A stretch of DNA of 64,000 nucleotides from positions 2,953,746 through 3,017,745 of the forward strand of contig CBDEGI010000004.1 of the NCBI GenBank assembly GCA_965237575.1. The letters run 5' to 3'. This document shows positions 19,492 to 29,869 of this stretch, piece after piece. The position numbers and the translations under genes were made by a program. This DNA comes from Bryobacterales bacterium (lineage in GTDB: Bacteria > Acidobacteriota > Terriglobia > Bryobacterales > UBA6623). Positions within the stretch are counted from its first letter, which is position 1. Each line of letters starts with the position of its first letter. A model generated the notes under the pieces. That model had not been told where the DNA came from. It did no database searches and worked only from the letters and a program-made list of their open reading frames with translations.

Positions 19492-21090
19492 ATGAAACAT
19501 GCCATTCTCGTGACCTTGCTGTTCATGCTGCCTGTGGTTGCCCGCACTGATGAGCCCATCCACATCGGCTCGCGGCGAGAGTTGTTCGTGGACGACTATC
19601 TCGTTGATCGCCTCGTGGGCAAAGCGGAACTGCGGTTGCATCAGCCCACGCCGCGGGGAGTAGCGCTCGTACATGATGCTCCCTGGGAAGGGAACGCAAC
19701 CGCATACCACAGCATTTTCAAGGATGGCGACCGCTACCGCATGTACTATCGTGCCTGGCGGCTGACCGTCGACTCGGACCAACTCAATCAGGGCATCGTG
19801 AGCCTTTGCTACGCCGAAAGCCGCAACGGAATTCACTGGAAGAAGCCGCAACTGGGGCTGCACGAGTTTCAGGGCAGCAAGGCCAACAACATCGTCATTT
19901 CGAGCGAGATGGCCGTGGATCATCAAGTGACGATAGGAGGTCCGGCCGTCTTTCGGGACCAGAATCCGAACGCGCCGCCGGATGCTAAATACAAGACCTT
20001 CCTGATCTCCAAGAGCCCACTCGGCATGCGGCCATACAAGTCGGCCGACGGCATCCACTGGTCGCCCATGACCGAAGAGCCGACGATTACCAACGGTGCG
20101 TTCGACTCGCAGAACCTCGCGTTCTGGGACCCTACTCGTGGTGAGTATCGGGCATTTTGGCGGTATTTCACGAAAGGGACCACCAACGACAAGACATGGA
20201 AGCCGGGCGGTGTGCGTGGCATCCGCACTGCCACATCAAAGGACCTGCGGCGTTGGAAGAACGAGGCCGATCTCGCCTATGTCGATTCACCCTCGGAGCA
20301 ATTGTATGAGAACGGAGTTGCGCCTTATCACCGCGCACCACACCTGTTGATTGGATTTCCGGTTCGCTATATCGATCGGGCCGCTGCACCATCCACCTCG
20401 GACAGCAGTGGCCGCGACGCCGCTGGTGCGGAGCGGACTCGCGCGTGGCCGGCGTCGCTACGGGCGCTGCCGGAGCTTCAACAGCGCGAAGCGCGGGCGG
20501 CGGCGAGCGAACGCTACGGCAGTGCTTTAACCGAAGGTTTGCTGATGGCCAGCCGCGACGGGGCTACATTCAAACGTTGGAACGAGGGCTTTCTGCGGCC
20601 TGGAATCGAACGTCCGGGTACGTGGAACTACGGACAGCAGTTCATCGGCTGGCATTTGGTAGAGACCGCGTCGCAACTTGCGGGAGCGCCCGACGAACTC
20701 TCGCTTTACGCGACCGAGGGCTACTGGACTGCGCGGCAGGGAACCTCGTTGCGGCGCTACACGTTGCGGCTGGATGGCTTCGTTTCGGTGCAGGCTCCGA
20801 TGAGTGGCGGCGAACTCATCACGAAGCCACTGACGTTCACGGGCAAGTCGCTTTCGCTCAACTTCGCCACGTCGGCGGCGGGCAGCCTACGCGTCGAACT
20901 GCAAGACGCGAGAGGAAAAGCTCTGCCAGGCTACACGCTCAACGATTGCGACGAGTTGTTTGGTGACACGGTTGACCGGACAGTCACCTGGCAAAGCAAG
21001 AGCGACCTAGCGGCCTTGATTGGTCACGTCGTGCGCATGCGATTTGTATTGCGCGACGCCCATCTGTTTGCGTTTCAATTCGGCGAGTGA
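19492..21090 (+). CDS. secreted glycoside hydrolase-like five-bladed beta-propeller protein
   Basis: IGSRRELFVDD, PWEG, YRMYY, YAESRNGIHWKKP, FDSQN, LRLDGF, FGD C-terminal motif. Confidence 0.75.
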   Translation: MKHAILVTLLFMLPVVARTDEPIHIGSRRELFVDDYLVDRLVGKAELRLHQPTPRGVALVHDAPWEGNATAYHSIFKDGDRYRMYYRAWRLTVDSDQLNQGIVSLCYAESRNGIHWKKPQLGLHEFQGSKANNIVISSEMAVDHQVTIGGPAVFRDQNPNAPPDAKYKTFLISKSPLGMRPYKSADGIHWSPMTEEPTITNGAFDSQNLAFWDPTRGEYRAFWRYFTKGTTNDKTWKPGGVRGIRTATSKDLRRWKNEADLAYVDSPSEQLYENGVAPYHRAPHLLIGFPVRYIDRAAAPSTSDSSGRDAAGAERTRAWPASLRALPELQQREARAAASERYGSALTEGLLMASRDGATFKRWNEGFLRPGIERPGTWNYGQQFIGWHLVETASQLAGAPDELSLYATEGYWTARQGTSLRRYTLRLDGFVSVQAPMSGGELITKPLTFTGKSLSLNFATSAAGSLRVELQDARGKALPGYTLNDCDELFGDTVDRTVTWQSKSDLAALIGHVVRMRFVLRDAHLFAFQFGE

Positions 21091-21383
21091 CGACAAATGG
21101 CTATCCGCTTGGGGGGTATGACCTTTGATGCCGCCCGAAAGTCTCGGTGCTGGTGTAGAGGTCTTACCGTAAGCCTGGCAGCGGTATCGACGACGCCTTC
21201 CCCATTTCGTCCGGTAGAAGCCGTGACGGACACTCTTCCGGCGGCGGCTTTTCCCGCCACTGGGCAGTCCCTGTTTGCCAACTAGGACTCTTCATTGCTC
21301 TTGGACCGGACGGCAGCAGGACTGGTTGCCCCGGAATTGGACCTCAAATCCTAGCAGCTACGGGAGTTACAATTGGGTCGCCA

Positions 21384-22834
21384 ATGATTGATAGCGGAAG
21401 CACCTCGGATGACGCTACCATCTTCTCGTCGATGGCCGAGGGTTCCATCAGTCGATGCCGCCTCCTTGGGAAGCTCATTATTGAATTCACGCCCGGGCCC
21501 TTGGCCCGATGTTTCTCGCTTGCCGTTTTGCTTCTACTGCCCGGCCGGTTGGGTCCCTACGGAGATCTGCCGAAGCCGGAACCGCCGAAGATCCCGGTAG
21601 AGCAGATCGTGCAAGAAGCGGTCGAGGCCGCCGAGTCTTTGCCGCGCCTACACAGCCTTCTGATCACTTGGAAAGACGAACGCCTCCTCGAGCGCTACTT
21701 TCACGGAGCTCGTGCATCGAGCGCCGCGAACGTCAAATCGGTATCGAAAAGCGTGATTTCCGCACTGGTCGGTATCGCGATCGCGCGCGATCTGATCCCT
21801 GGGGTGGATGCTTCCATCGCGCCCTATTTCCCGAACGTTCTCGGCCCAGGATCGAATCCCCAAAAACGGACGAAGTGGGGTATCCATTTGACTCAGGTGA
21901 CCACAACATACTGTGGTTGGCCATTGGCGGCCCCCGGAAAGGCTTGCCGATAGCACCACGTTTCCAAGCCTGCGATGGCCATGGCGCGTGCGTAATCCTT
22001 GATCGGCCCGAAACGCAGCCTCGTGGCCCAATTGCCTGTAGACCGGCGTCTGGCGCCCCAGGGTGCATTCTGGGTGCAGTGTGCTGGCGTCCATGGATCG
22101 ACCAAACCACAACGCCTAGGGGCTACCTGAGTCAAGTGGATACCCCATTACGGACGATTCAGATCGAAGACTTGCTGACGATGAGGTCCGGGCTTGAGCC
22201 CACCAGCGGGAGGAATTTCGGAGCCTGGGTGGCGAGCCGGAGTTGGGTACGGAACGCCTTAACTCGCCCGCTTATTCGGCTCCCTGGAACGGAGATGGAC
22301 TACAGTACGGGCAACACGCATCTGCTCTCGGCGATACTCACCAAGGTTAGCAAGAGAAGTACCTGGGCGTTCGCTCAAGAGACGCTCGCGAAGCCTCTCG
22401 GCTTCGACTTGGCCAAATGGCCTCGTGATCCCGAGGGCATCTACCGTGGTGGCAACGACATGGAAATGACGCCGAAAGAGATGATGTTATTCGGCAAGCT
22501 CTACCTCAACCGGGGTCGCGCCAACGGCCGGCAAATCGTCCCTGAATCTTGGGTCGATCAGTCTTTCGTGCCACGGGGACGTTCTCGCTATAGCGGGAGA
22601 CTCTATGGCTACGGTTGGTGGATTCGGAGGCTCGGCGGTCGAGCCGTTTATTACGCCTGGGGCTATGGTGGACAGTTCATCTTTGTCGTCCCCGACCTCG
22701 AGGCCGTCATCGTGACGACTTCTTCGACACAACCCGGCCGGGGCCGTCGCGCCCATCGGGCAGCGCTCTACGACTTAGTCGGGGGAGTCGTTACGAAGCT
22801 GTGTGCAAACCGAGGCAACTCGGCCTGGCTCTAG
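21384..22834 (+). pseudogene. serine hydrolase (beta-lactamase class C-like) interrupted by MITE B
   Basis: SVSK motif in the 5' part; LLTMRSG, YST, AWGYGGQ in the 3' part; removing the element plus one TSD restores QKRTIQIEDLLTMRSG; start uncertain. Confidence 0.88.
21874..22149. mobile_element. MITE copy B (276 bp, non-autonomous)
   Basis: 25-bp TIR AGTGGGGTATCCATTTGACTCAGGT vs reverse complement AATGGGGTATCCACTTGACTCAGGT; 8-bp TSD ACGGACGA (21866-73, 22150-57). Confidence 0.93.
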
Positions 22835-22999
22835 CGTTCGATGAGTGTCGAGACACTCATGCCTCACAATGCCCTCCAGCGAGCTGGAACGCGGCGATCG
22901 AGGGGCATTCAGCGACCGAAACGGGAGCCAACGGAGCATCGAATCGTGCGAGGAGAACGAAGATCTTGCATCCAAGCCGTGGAGAGGAGTACCCTGGCC

Positions 23000-23790
23000 G
23001 TGCCGGGATGGCCAAGACGGAAATCTGTGCTAGCAAGAACTCGCATTTCCCTTTCTGTACCACTCCTACCAGGGCTCCTCGCAGCCGTAGCTTGGGCTGC
23101 GCCTCCGGCCACCTTTGAATCCGATATCAAGCCCATCCTGGATACCCGCTGCGTTCTTTGTCATGGCGCTACCGCGCCACAGGCCAGTCTCGATCTCCGA
23201 TCTCTCGAATCCCTGCTGAAGGGTGGCAAGTCGGGTCCCGCGATCGTCCCGGGATCGGCCGGCGGCAGCATCCTTGTGGAGAAGCTGGTCACGAAGTCCA
23301 TGCCCCGGACCCAAAGCTCAGCGATGCCGAGGTTGCGGCAATTCGAGGCTGGATCGACGCTGGGGCCCTGAGTGCCGAGGACGAGTCCGCTTCTCTGGTG
23401 ACGGAGAACGACGTTCTGCCGATCTTTCAAGTGCGGTGCCTCGTCTGCCACGGGAACGCGTGAGCAGAGAGGCGGACTCGATCTGCGAACGCGTGCCAGC
23501 CGTTTAAGAGGTGGTACATCAGGCCCGGCCCTGGTGCTAGGACAACCCGAAGAGAGTCTATTGATCCAGAAGATCGAATCCGGCGCGATGCCTCCGGTCA
23601 AGATGCAGTTCGACTATGCGGTCCGCCCGCCCAGCGGCGCCGAACTGGGCAAGTTGAAGCAGTGGATCGCCGCCGGCGCGCCTGGGGCGCCTCCCGCGAA
23701 AATGGAGGCCTTAAAGATTACAGCCGAAGACAAAACTTTCTGGGCCTTCCAGCCCCCACAGCGTCCCCAGCAGCCCCAAGTGCAATACAA
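23000..23790 (+). pseudogene. planctomycete-type cytochrome c (PSCyt1 x2) protein, frameshifted and truncated
   Basis: CVLCHG and CLVCHG haem motifs, GGKSGPAIVPG, IRGWIDAGA, WAFQPP; frameshifts near 23305 and 23460; downstream domains missing. Confidence 0.75.
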
Positions 23791-23991
23791 GTCTTCACAG
23801 GGTTCACTCTACACGGGTCGTTCGACAATCGCTCCCCGGTTGGGCGCGTGCGGCTCTCGTTTGATGTACGCTTCCAGCCCGAGTGCCACCCGGCCGACGA
23901 CCCACGCTACTTCGGTCCTGACCCTGTCGGAACCAAGGGCGCCGGTTACGCCGATATGCGCGCCGCCCAGCCGCTGGAAGCATCGCGCTGA
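23790..23991 (+). pseudogene. 3' fragment of phytanoyl-CoA dioxygenase (PhyH)-family gene
   Basis: FTLHGSFDNRS..RVRLSFDVRFQP..DPRYFG is a PhyH-like C-terminus with no 5' part. Confidence 0.6.
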
Positions 23992-24130
23992 ACCTCTCGC
24001 CCGGTTGGCGGAGCGTTGTTCGTTCACGCGAAGCCTGGTGGAGCACGAAGCGAGGTACGTGTAACGGCCCGGTCCTCGTGTTGGGTCAGCAACGATGTCC
24101 GATTCGCACGGACCGGTTTTGGGATGACGC

Positions 24131-25121
24131 CTATTCGCCCATCAGAGCTTTCGCTTCCGCAGCGATCTGACGGACGATCTCGCCGGCGGGTTGGACCCTA
24201 TTCACGAGACCGACGCCTTGGCCGGCATAGAGGGCCATGGAGTCGATATCGCCAGTGGTTTCCTGGTGAGGCGTGAAGCCCATGAAGCGACGGACCTCGA
24301 CCCTCTCCCCGCCAACCGCCGTTGATCCGACCACCGGCTCGTCGGGACGACCCTCGTTCCCACGTGCTTCCTCAGCGAGCCACTGTTCGACGAACGACGT
24401 GCGGAGAACGCGGTGCGGGCATTCGGCCAGCTATAGCCGAAGAGCGTTGTACGGATCGTGTCACCTTCGCGGGCGTCCAGTATCCTCTGCCGATAGACCG
24501 GATGTGTTCTCGCCTCCTCGGCCGCGAGGAACTTGGTTCCGAAAACGGCGCCCTGCGCTCCCAGCGCCAGGACCGCCACTAGCCCGCGGGCGTCGGCGAT
24601 GCCTCCCGAGGCGGTCACCGGCGTGGGAGACACGGCCCCCACGACACGGGGAACCAATGTCAAAGTGGAAACCTCGCCTCTGACGTGCCCGCCCGCCTCG
24701 ACGCCCTGCGCGATGATCACGTCCACGCCGGCGTCTGCTGCGGTTTTCGCCTCGGCGACGCTCCCGACTTGATGAATCACCTTGAGCCCCACCTGATGAG
24801 CAAGGTCCACGAAAGCCGACGCGGGTCACCCCAGAAGAAAGACAGCAGCGGCACACGCTCTTCGATGCACACGGCAACCTGCTCATCGACGTCCGCGGGT
24901 AGCAGCATGTTGACGCCGAAGGGCCGGTCGGTTCGCTCTCGCAGCGCACGGATATCATTCCGCAGGATCTCGGGAGGGTTGCGGCTGAACGACATCAGAC
25001 CGAGCCCGCCGGCCTGGCTGACCGCGCCCGCCAGGTCGGGCCCCGTCACGAAGCCCATCGGCGCACAGAAGATCGGAAATCGAATTCCTAAGAAACTGCA
25101 GAGCGGGGTGTGGAGTCTCAT
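24131..25121 (-). pseudogene. nitronate monooxygenase (2-nitropropane dioxygenase) with two frameshifts
   Basis: PIFCAPM..AVSQAGGLG..PFGVN / AQGVEAGGH..ASGGIAD..GTKF / ALYAGQGVGLV in three frames; shifts near 24815 and 24420. Confidence 0.85.
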
Positions 25122-25339
25122 GGATACCCTCGCTACCAACGGGAAGTCAACTCGGCTGGCGACGGGAAGACTGTTTCCCGTGTCGCGCCGACACAATCCG
25201 CTCCTTCAGTGTGACCACACAGCCTACCGGCGTATTGCCCAACCGCTTTGCTGAAGCGGCCAGGTCGATGCAGCGCCGCATCATTCGTTAGTCGAGGGCC
25301 AGGTCCCGGCCGGCATGGTTTCGACGCGGCCTTTCCGGT

Positions 25340-26991
25340 TCACTCCTCCCGCAACCCCAGCGCCTTGATCTTGGAGGCCAGAGTCGTGGGCCTGAGCCCG
25401 AGCAGCTTGGCGGCTCGGCTGGGCCGGAGATCCTCCAATGCGCCGCCTCCAAGGCCGCCAGCAGATTCTCGCGCTCTTGGCGTTTGAGGTCGCTGTATTT
25501 CAGAATCTCGTTGGGGCCGCGCTTCGACCTGCCACCCACGATGGGCGTCCGCTGGCTCTCGTGTGAGTCTGGAGGCAAAGCAAACTCTAGAGGGCCCGAC
25601 TGCGCTCCGATGACCGCCCTCTCGATGATGTTCTGCAGCTCCCGGACGTTGCCCGGCCAGTGGTAGCGCTGAAGGGCTTCGACATGACGGCGCTTGAGCT
25701 TTTGCGGAGGAACACGCAACCGCCGGCAGGCCACCTCGAGGAAATGAGCAGCCAACATCGGCACGTCGTCCAACCTCTCGCGGAGAGGAGCCACCTCGAT
25801 GGGGAAGACGCTGAGCCGGTAGTACAGATCCTCCCGAAACCGGCCGGCCTCGACTTCCTGTTTCAGATCCCGATTGGTCGCGGTGATGACTCTGGCGTCG
25901 ACCTTGCGCGTGCGGTCTTCCCCAACACGCTCGAAGGTCCCTTCTTGCAAGACGCGCAACAGCTTGCTTTGTAGATCCAACGGGATCTCGCCCACTTCGT
26001 CCAGAAAAAGCGTTCCCCCGTCGGCTAGCTGAAAACGCCCAACGCGGTCGCGAATCGCGCCGGTGAACGCTCCCCTGACATGGCCGAAGAACTCGCTTTC
26101 AAACAGCTCCCGCGGCACGGAACCGCAGTTCACCTTGACCATGGCGCGGTCCTTGCGGTGGCTGCGCTCGTGAATGGCCTGTGCGACCAGCTCTTTCCCC
26201 GTCCCTGATTCCCCACAGATCAACGCGGTCGTATCGGCGGGCCCTACAAGGCCAACCTGGTCCAAGACTTTCCTCAGCGCTGAGCTTTGACCGATCAGAT
26301 CTCCGAAGCCGTGAGCGACTTTGACTTCTTGTCGAAGGTACTCGTTTTCGAGTTCCAGCCGACGATGGAGTTGCTCGATCTCCTCGAACGCTCGGGCGTT
26401 GGTGATCGCTACCGCCGCGTGGTCCGCGAACAGACGCAGCCAAGCCACCTCTTGCGGACCCAGGCCTTCGCGCGTAAACACTCCCAAGACGCCCAGGATC
26501 TCGCCGCGGAACGAGAGTGGGTGGCCGACAAACGAGCGGATGCCCTCTCGACGCAGCCAGTCGTCGTGGCCGATCCACTGCTTGTCGCCGGCCGTGTCCA
26601 GCAGCCGTTCCGATTCCCCGCTCGCCCCGATGCGTCCAATGATCCGGACACCCAGGGGGAAGCGTTGAAAGTCACCGTCCATCCGGTGCCACCGGTCGCC
26701 GCTCTCAGGGTTCGTCGGCCGTCCCATGCTCGCCTTCAGGTGTAGGCATTGTGCTTGGTCCGGGCACTCCGTCCGCATGGGGCATCGTTCGCAAATGTCA
26801 CCAGGTGCGACTAACCAGATGCGGGCGAGCGTGCAGGAGGCCTCGTCGGCCAACCCGGCCACGATCATCTGCAGCACGCTCTCCACGTCTCGAGCGCCCG
26901 CGACGGCTAGGGAGATGGACTGAAGCAGCTCCAGATTGAGAGACCGAGGTTCGGTCTGTTCGCCACTGCCCTGAGCTGGTGCGCTCGTCAT
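25340..26991 (-). pseudogene. GAF + sigma54 AAA+ (FhlA-like) activator; frameshift near 25418 removes the Fis HTH
   Basis: GESGTGKE, GAFTGA, FLDEVGE, WPGNVREL intact; HTH AAKLLGLRPTTLASKIKALGL lies in a shifted frame ending TGA at 25340. Confidence 0.85.
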
Positions 26992-27009
26992 GACCTGCAC
27001 CCATTAGAT

Positions 27010-27061
27010 ACGAGATCTCGTCGTCTGTCAACGATATATCGTAGTTTTGACGAGACTTCGT
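27010..27061. promoter_or_regulatory. three ACGA-N4-TCGT palindromes, candidate activator binding sites (UAS)
   Basis: ACGAGATCTCGT 27010-21, ACGATATATCGT 27031-42, ACGAGACTTCGT 27050-61, between the activator and the divergent operon. Confidence 0.7.
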
Positions 27062-27210
27062 TTCCGTCGTCGAGCCTCTCAAGTGCTCTTGAAACCTAAT
27101 GAAATCAGTTACCTAAATACTTTGCTGGGTTTTGGACAGCTACGTGTATCTCACACAGCGCAGTCACCTTTGGCTGCTGAACCGAATCGACATCACACGG
27201 GACAAACACG

Positions 27211-27987
27211 ATGACAATCCGAAACCTGGGAATGAACCGCCGAAACAAATCTATCCTGACCGTACTGAGTGCGGTAGCCGCTGTCTTCCTGGCGACCGGC
27301 GCTCTTGCTCAACTGCCCAACCCGGGCATGACGATCAACCCGGCCAACACGGCCTTGGTCATCACTGATCCGCAAAACGACTTTCTGAGTCCCGAAGGAG
27401 CCACATGGGGCGTCGTCGGCAAGAGCGTCACAGAGAATAAGACGGTCGAGAACATCGACACGCTGTTCAAGCTGGCCAAGGCTCGCGGCATTCCGGTTTT
27501 CGTTTCGCCGCACTACTACTACCCCACCGACCACGGCTGGAAGTTCGAAGGCGCGCTCGAAGCGTTGATGCACAAGATCGGCATGTTCGATCGCGCGGGC
27601 GCTTTGAGCGTTAAAGGCTTTGAGGGTTCCGGGGCCGACTGGCTGAAGCAGTACAAACGCTACATCGAAGACGCTGAGACCGTCGTCAGCAGCCCGCACA
27701 AGGTCTACGGCCCCGAGACCAACGACTTGGTCCTGCAGTTGCGGAAGCGCGGCATCGACCGGGTGATCCTGGGCGGCATGTCCGCGAATCTCTGCACCGA
27801 GAGCCACATGCGTGAGCTGGGTGAGCAGGGGTTCGAAGTCGCGGTTGTCAGCGACGCAACGGCCGCTGCTCAGGTAGCGGAGGGCGATGGCTACCAAGCG
27901 GCGCTTACGAACTTCCGCTTCATCGCCAGCGCTGTTTGGACCACCGCCGAAGTCACGGAAATGCTCGGCGGAGGGGTGACCGATTGA
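27211..27987 (+). CDS. isochorismatase-family cysteine hydrolase with signal peptide, copy 1
   Basis: ALVITDPQNDF, HKVYGP, GMSANLCTES (Asp-Lys-Cys triad); ALA/Q cleavage site. Confidence 0.9.
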   Translation: MTIRNLGMNRRNKSILTVLSAVAAVFLATGALAQLPNPGMTINPANTALVITDPQNDFLSPEGATWGVVGKSVTENKTVENIDTLFKLAKARGIPVFVSPHYYYPTDHGWKFEGALEALMHKIGMFDRAGALSVKGFEGSGADWLKQYKRYIEDAETVVSSPHKVYGPETNDLVLQLRKRGIDRVILGGMSANLCTESHMRELGEQGFEVAVVSDATAAAQVAEGDGYQAALTNFRFIASAVWTTAEVTEMLGGGVTD

Positions 27988-28074
27988 CAACGAACTGAGG
28001 TGGGCCGCCGCGGCCGGTACGCCAAGGTGGCCCGCTCTCACAACACAAGGAAGAATCCCAAAGAGGAGAAAGTC

Positions 28075-28821
28075 ATGTCGCGAACCAAACTCACACTCAC
28101 CGTACTCTGCGCCGCCGTTCTGTTGGCGACCAGCGCACTCGCTCAACTGCCTAGCCCGGGCATGAAGATTGACCCGGCCAACACGGCGTTGGTCATCACC
28201 GATCCGCAGAACGACTCGCTGACCCCTGAAGGAGTCGCCTGGGAATTGGTCGCCAAGAACATCAAGGAGAACAACACGGTTGAGAATATCGAAACACTGT
28301 TCAAGCTGGCCAAGGCTCGTGGCATTCCGGTCTTCGTTTCGCCGCACTACTACTTCCCAACCGACCATGGCTGGAAGCTCAAAGGCGCGCTTGAGGTGCT
28401 GATGCATAAGGTCGGCATGTACGATCGCGCGGGTGCTTTGAACCTCAAAGGTTTTGAGGGTTCCGGCGCCGATTGGGTGAAGCAGTACGAGCCCTACATC
28501 GAGGACGGCGAGACGGTCATCAGCACCGGGCACAAGGTCTACGGACCCGAGACCAACGACTTGGTCCTGCAGTTGCGGAAGCGCGGCATCGACCGGGTGA
28601 TCCTGGGCGGCATGTCCGCGAATCTCTGCACCGAGAGCCATATGCGCGAGCTGGTCGAGCAAGGCTTCGAGGTCGCGATGGTGAGCGACTCGACCGCCGC
28701 CGTTCAGGTGGCCGAGGGCGACGGCTATCGGGCGGCGCTCACGAACTTCCGCTTCATCGCCAGCGCTGTTTGGACTACCGCCGAAGTCGTCGAAATGCTC
28801 GGCGGCGAGGTAACGGATTGA
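28075..28821 (+). CDS. isochorismatase-family cysteine hydrolase with signal peptide, copy 2 (tandem paralogue)
   Basis: Highly similar to copy 1 with long identical DNA tracts; GAGGAG RBS. Confidence 0.9.
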   Translation: MSRTKLTLTVLCAAVLLATSALAQLPSPGMKIDPANTALVITDPQNDSLTPEGVAWELVAKNIKENNTVENIETLFKLAKARGIPVFVSPHYYFPTDHGWKLKGALEVLMHKVGMYDRAGALNLKGFEGSGADWVKQYEPYIEDGETVISTGHKVYGPETNDLVLQLRKRGIDRVILGGMSANLCTESHMRELVEQGFEVAMVSDSTAAVQVAEGDGYRAALTNFRFIASAVWTTAEVVEMLGGEVTD

Positions 28822-28899
28822 CAACGAACGACGCTGCCCGCCACGGTTGGCCGCCTGCAAAACACATACCAATAACGGACTACAAAAAGGGAGAAAATC

Positions 28900-29805
28900 A
28901 TGTCACAAGCACTACAGCAGACCAAACATCGCACGATTGAGATCCATGGCCTGGATATCTTCTACCGCGAAGCAGGACCGGCGGATGCACCGACGGTCCT
29001 GCTGCTGCACGGCTTTCCCACGTCGTCGCACATGTTCCGAAACCTGATTCCGCGGTTGTCGGATCGTTTCCACTTGGTGGCACCGGACTACCCCGGTTAC
29101 GGCGCGAGCGCGATGCCCGACCTGAAGGACTTCGACTACTCGTTCGACAACCTGGCCGAGGTCGTCGACCGCTTCGTTGAGACGATCGGCCTGGAACGCT
29201 ACAGCATCTACTTGATGGACTACGGCGCCCCGGTCGGCTACCGTCTCGCCACCAAGCATCCGGAGCGGGTCGACTCGCTGATTGTGCAGAACGGCAACAC
29301 CTACGAAGAAGGCCTTCGAGAATTCTGGAACCCCATCAAGGCCTACTGGAAGGACAAGACGCCCGAGAACGCCAAGGTCCTGCGGGACTCGCTGCTGACG
29401 ATCGAGGCGACCAAGTGGCAGTACACCCACGGTGTTCGCAACGTGGAGACGATCGCGCCGGACAACTGGTTCAACGACCAGTACTTGCTCGACCGTCCGG
29501 GGAACAAAGACATTCAGATCGAGCTGTTCTCCAGCTACGGGACGAATCCGCCGCTGTACCCCGAGTGGCAGGCCTACTTCCGCAAGCATCAACCGCCGAC
29601 GCTGATCGCGTGGGGAAGGAACGACTACATCTTCCCCGGGGAAGGCGCCGAGCCCTACAAGCGGGACTTGGACAACGTCGATTACCACTTGCTCGACACC
29701 GGGCACTTCGCACTTGAGGAAGACGGCGACGTCATTGCCAACTTGATGCGCGATTTCCTTGAGAGGAACGTCGTGCGGCAAGACGAGCGAGTTGCGGTTG
29801 CCTAA
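28900..29805 (+). CDS. alpha/beta hydrolase (epoxide hydrolase / haloalkane dehalogenase-like)
   Basis: [17 protein letters not shown], nucleophile [15 protein letters not shown]. Confidence 0.9.
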   Translation: MSQALQQTKHRTIEIHGLDIFYREAGPADAPTVLLLHGFPTSSHMFRNLIPRLSDRFHLVAPDYPGYGASAMPDLKDFDYSFDNLAEVVDRFVETIGLERYSIYLMDYGAPVGYRLATKHPERVDSLIVQNGNTYEEGLREFWNPIKAYWKDKTPENAKVLRDSLLTIEATKWQYTHGVRNVETIAPDNWFNDQYLLDRPGNKDIQIELFSSYGTNPPLYPEWQAYFRKHQPPTLIAWGRNDYIFPGEGAEPYKRDLDNVDYHLLDTGHFALEEDGDVIANLMRDFLERNVVRQDERVAVA

Positions 29806-29823
29806 ACGAACGTCACGTCTTAC

Positions 29824-29855
29824 GGGCCGCCGGTGTGAGTCCGGCGGCCCTTCTT
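29824..29855 (+). terminator. intercistronic GC hairpin / possible terminator
   Basis: GGGCCGCCGG-N7-CCGGCGGCCC followed by TTCTT. Confidence 0.5.
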
Positions 29856-29869
29856 GAGGAGGATGAAGC

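Noticed and set aside
21095-21135. AATGGCTATCCGCTTG / GGGGTATGACCTTTGA weakly resemble the MITE TIR
   Set aside because: Needs indels; no partner end or target duplication found
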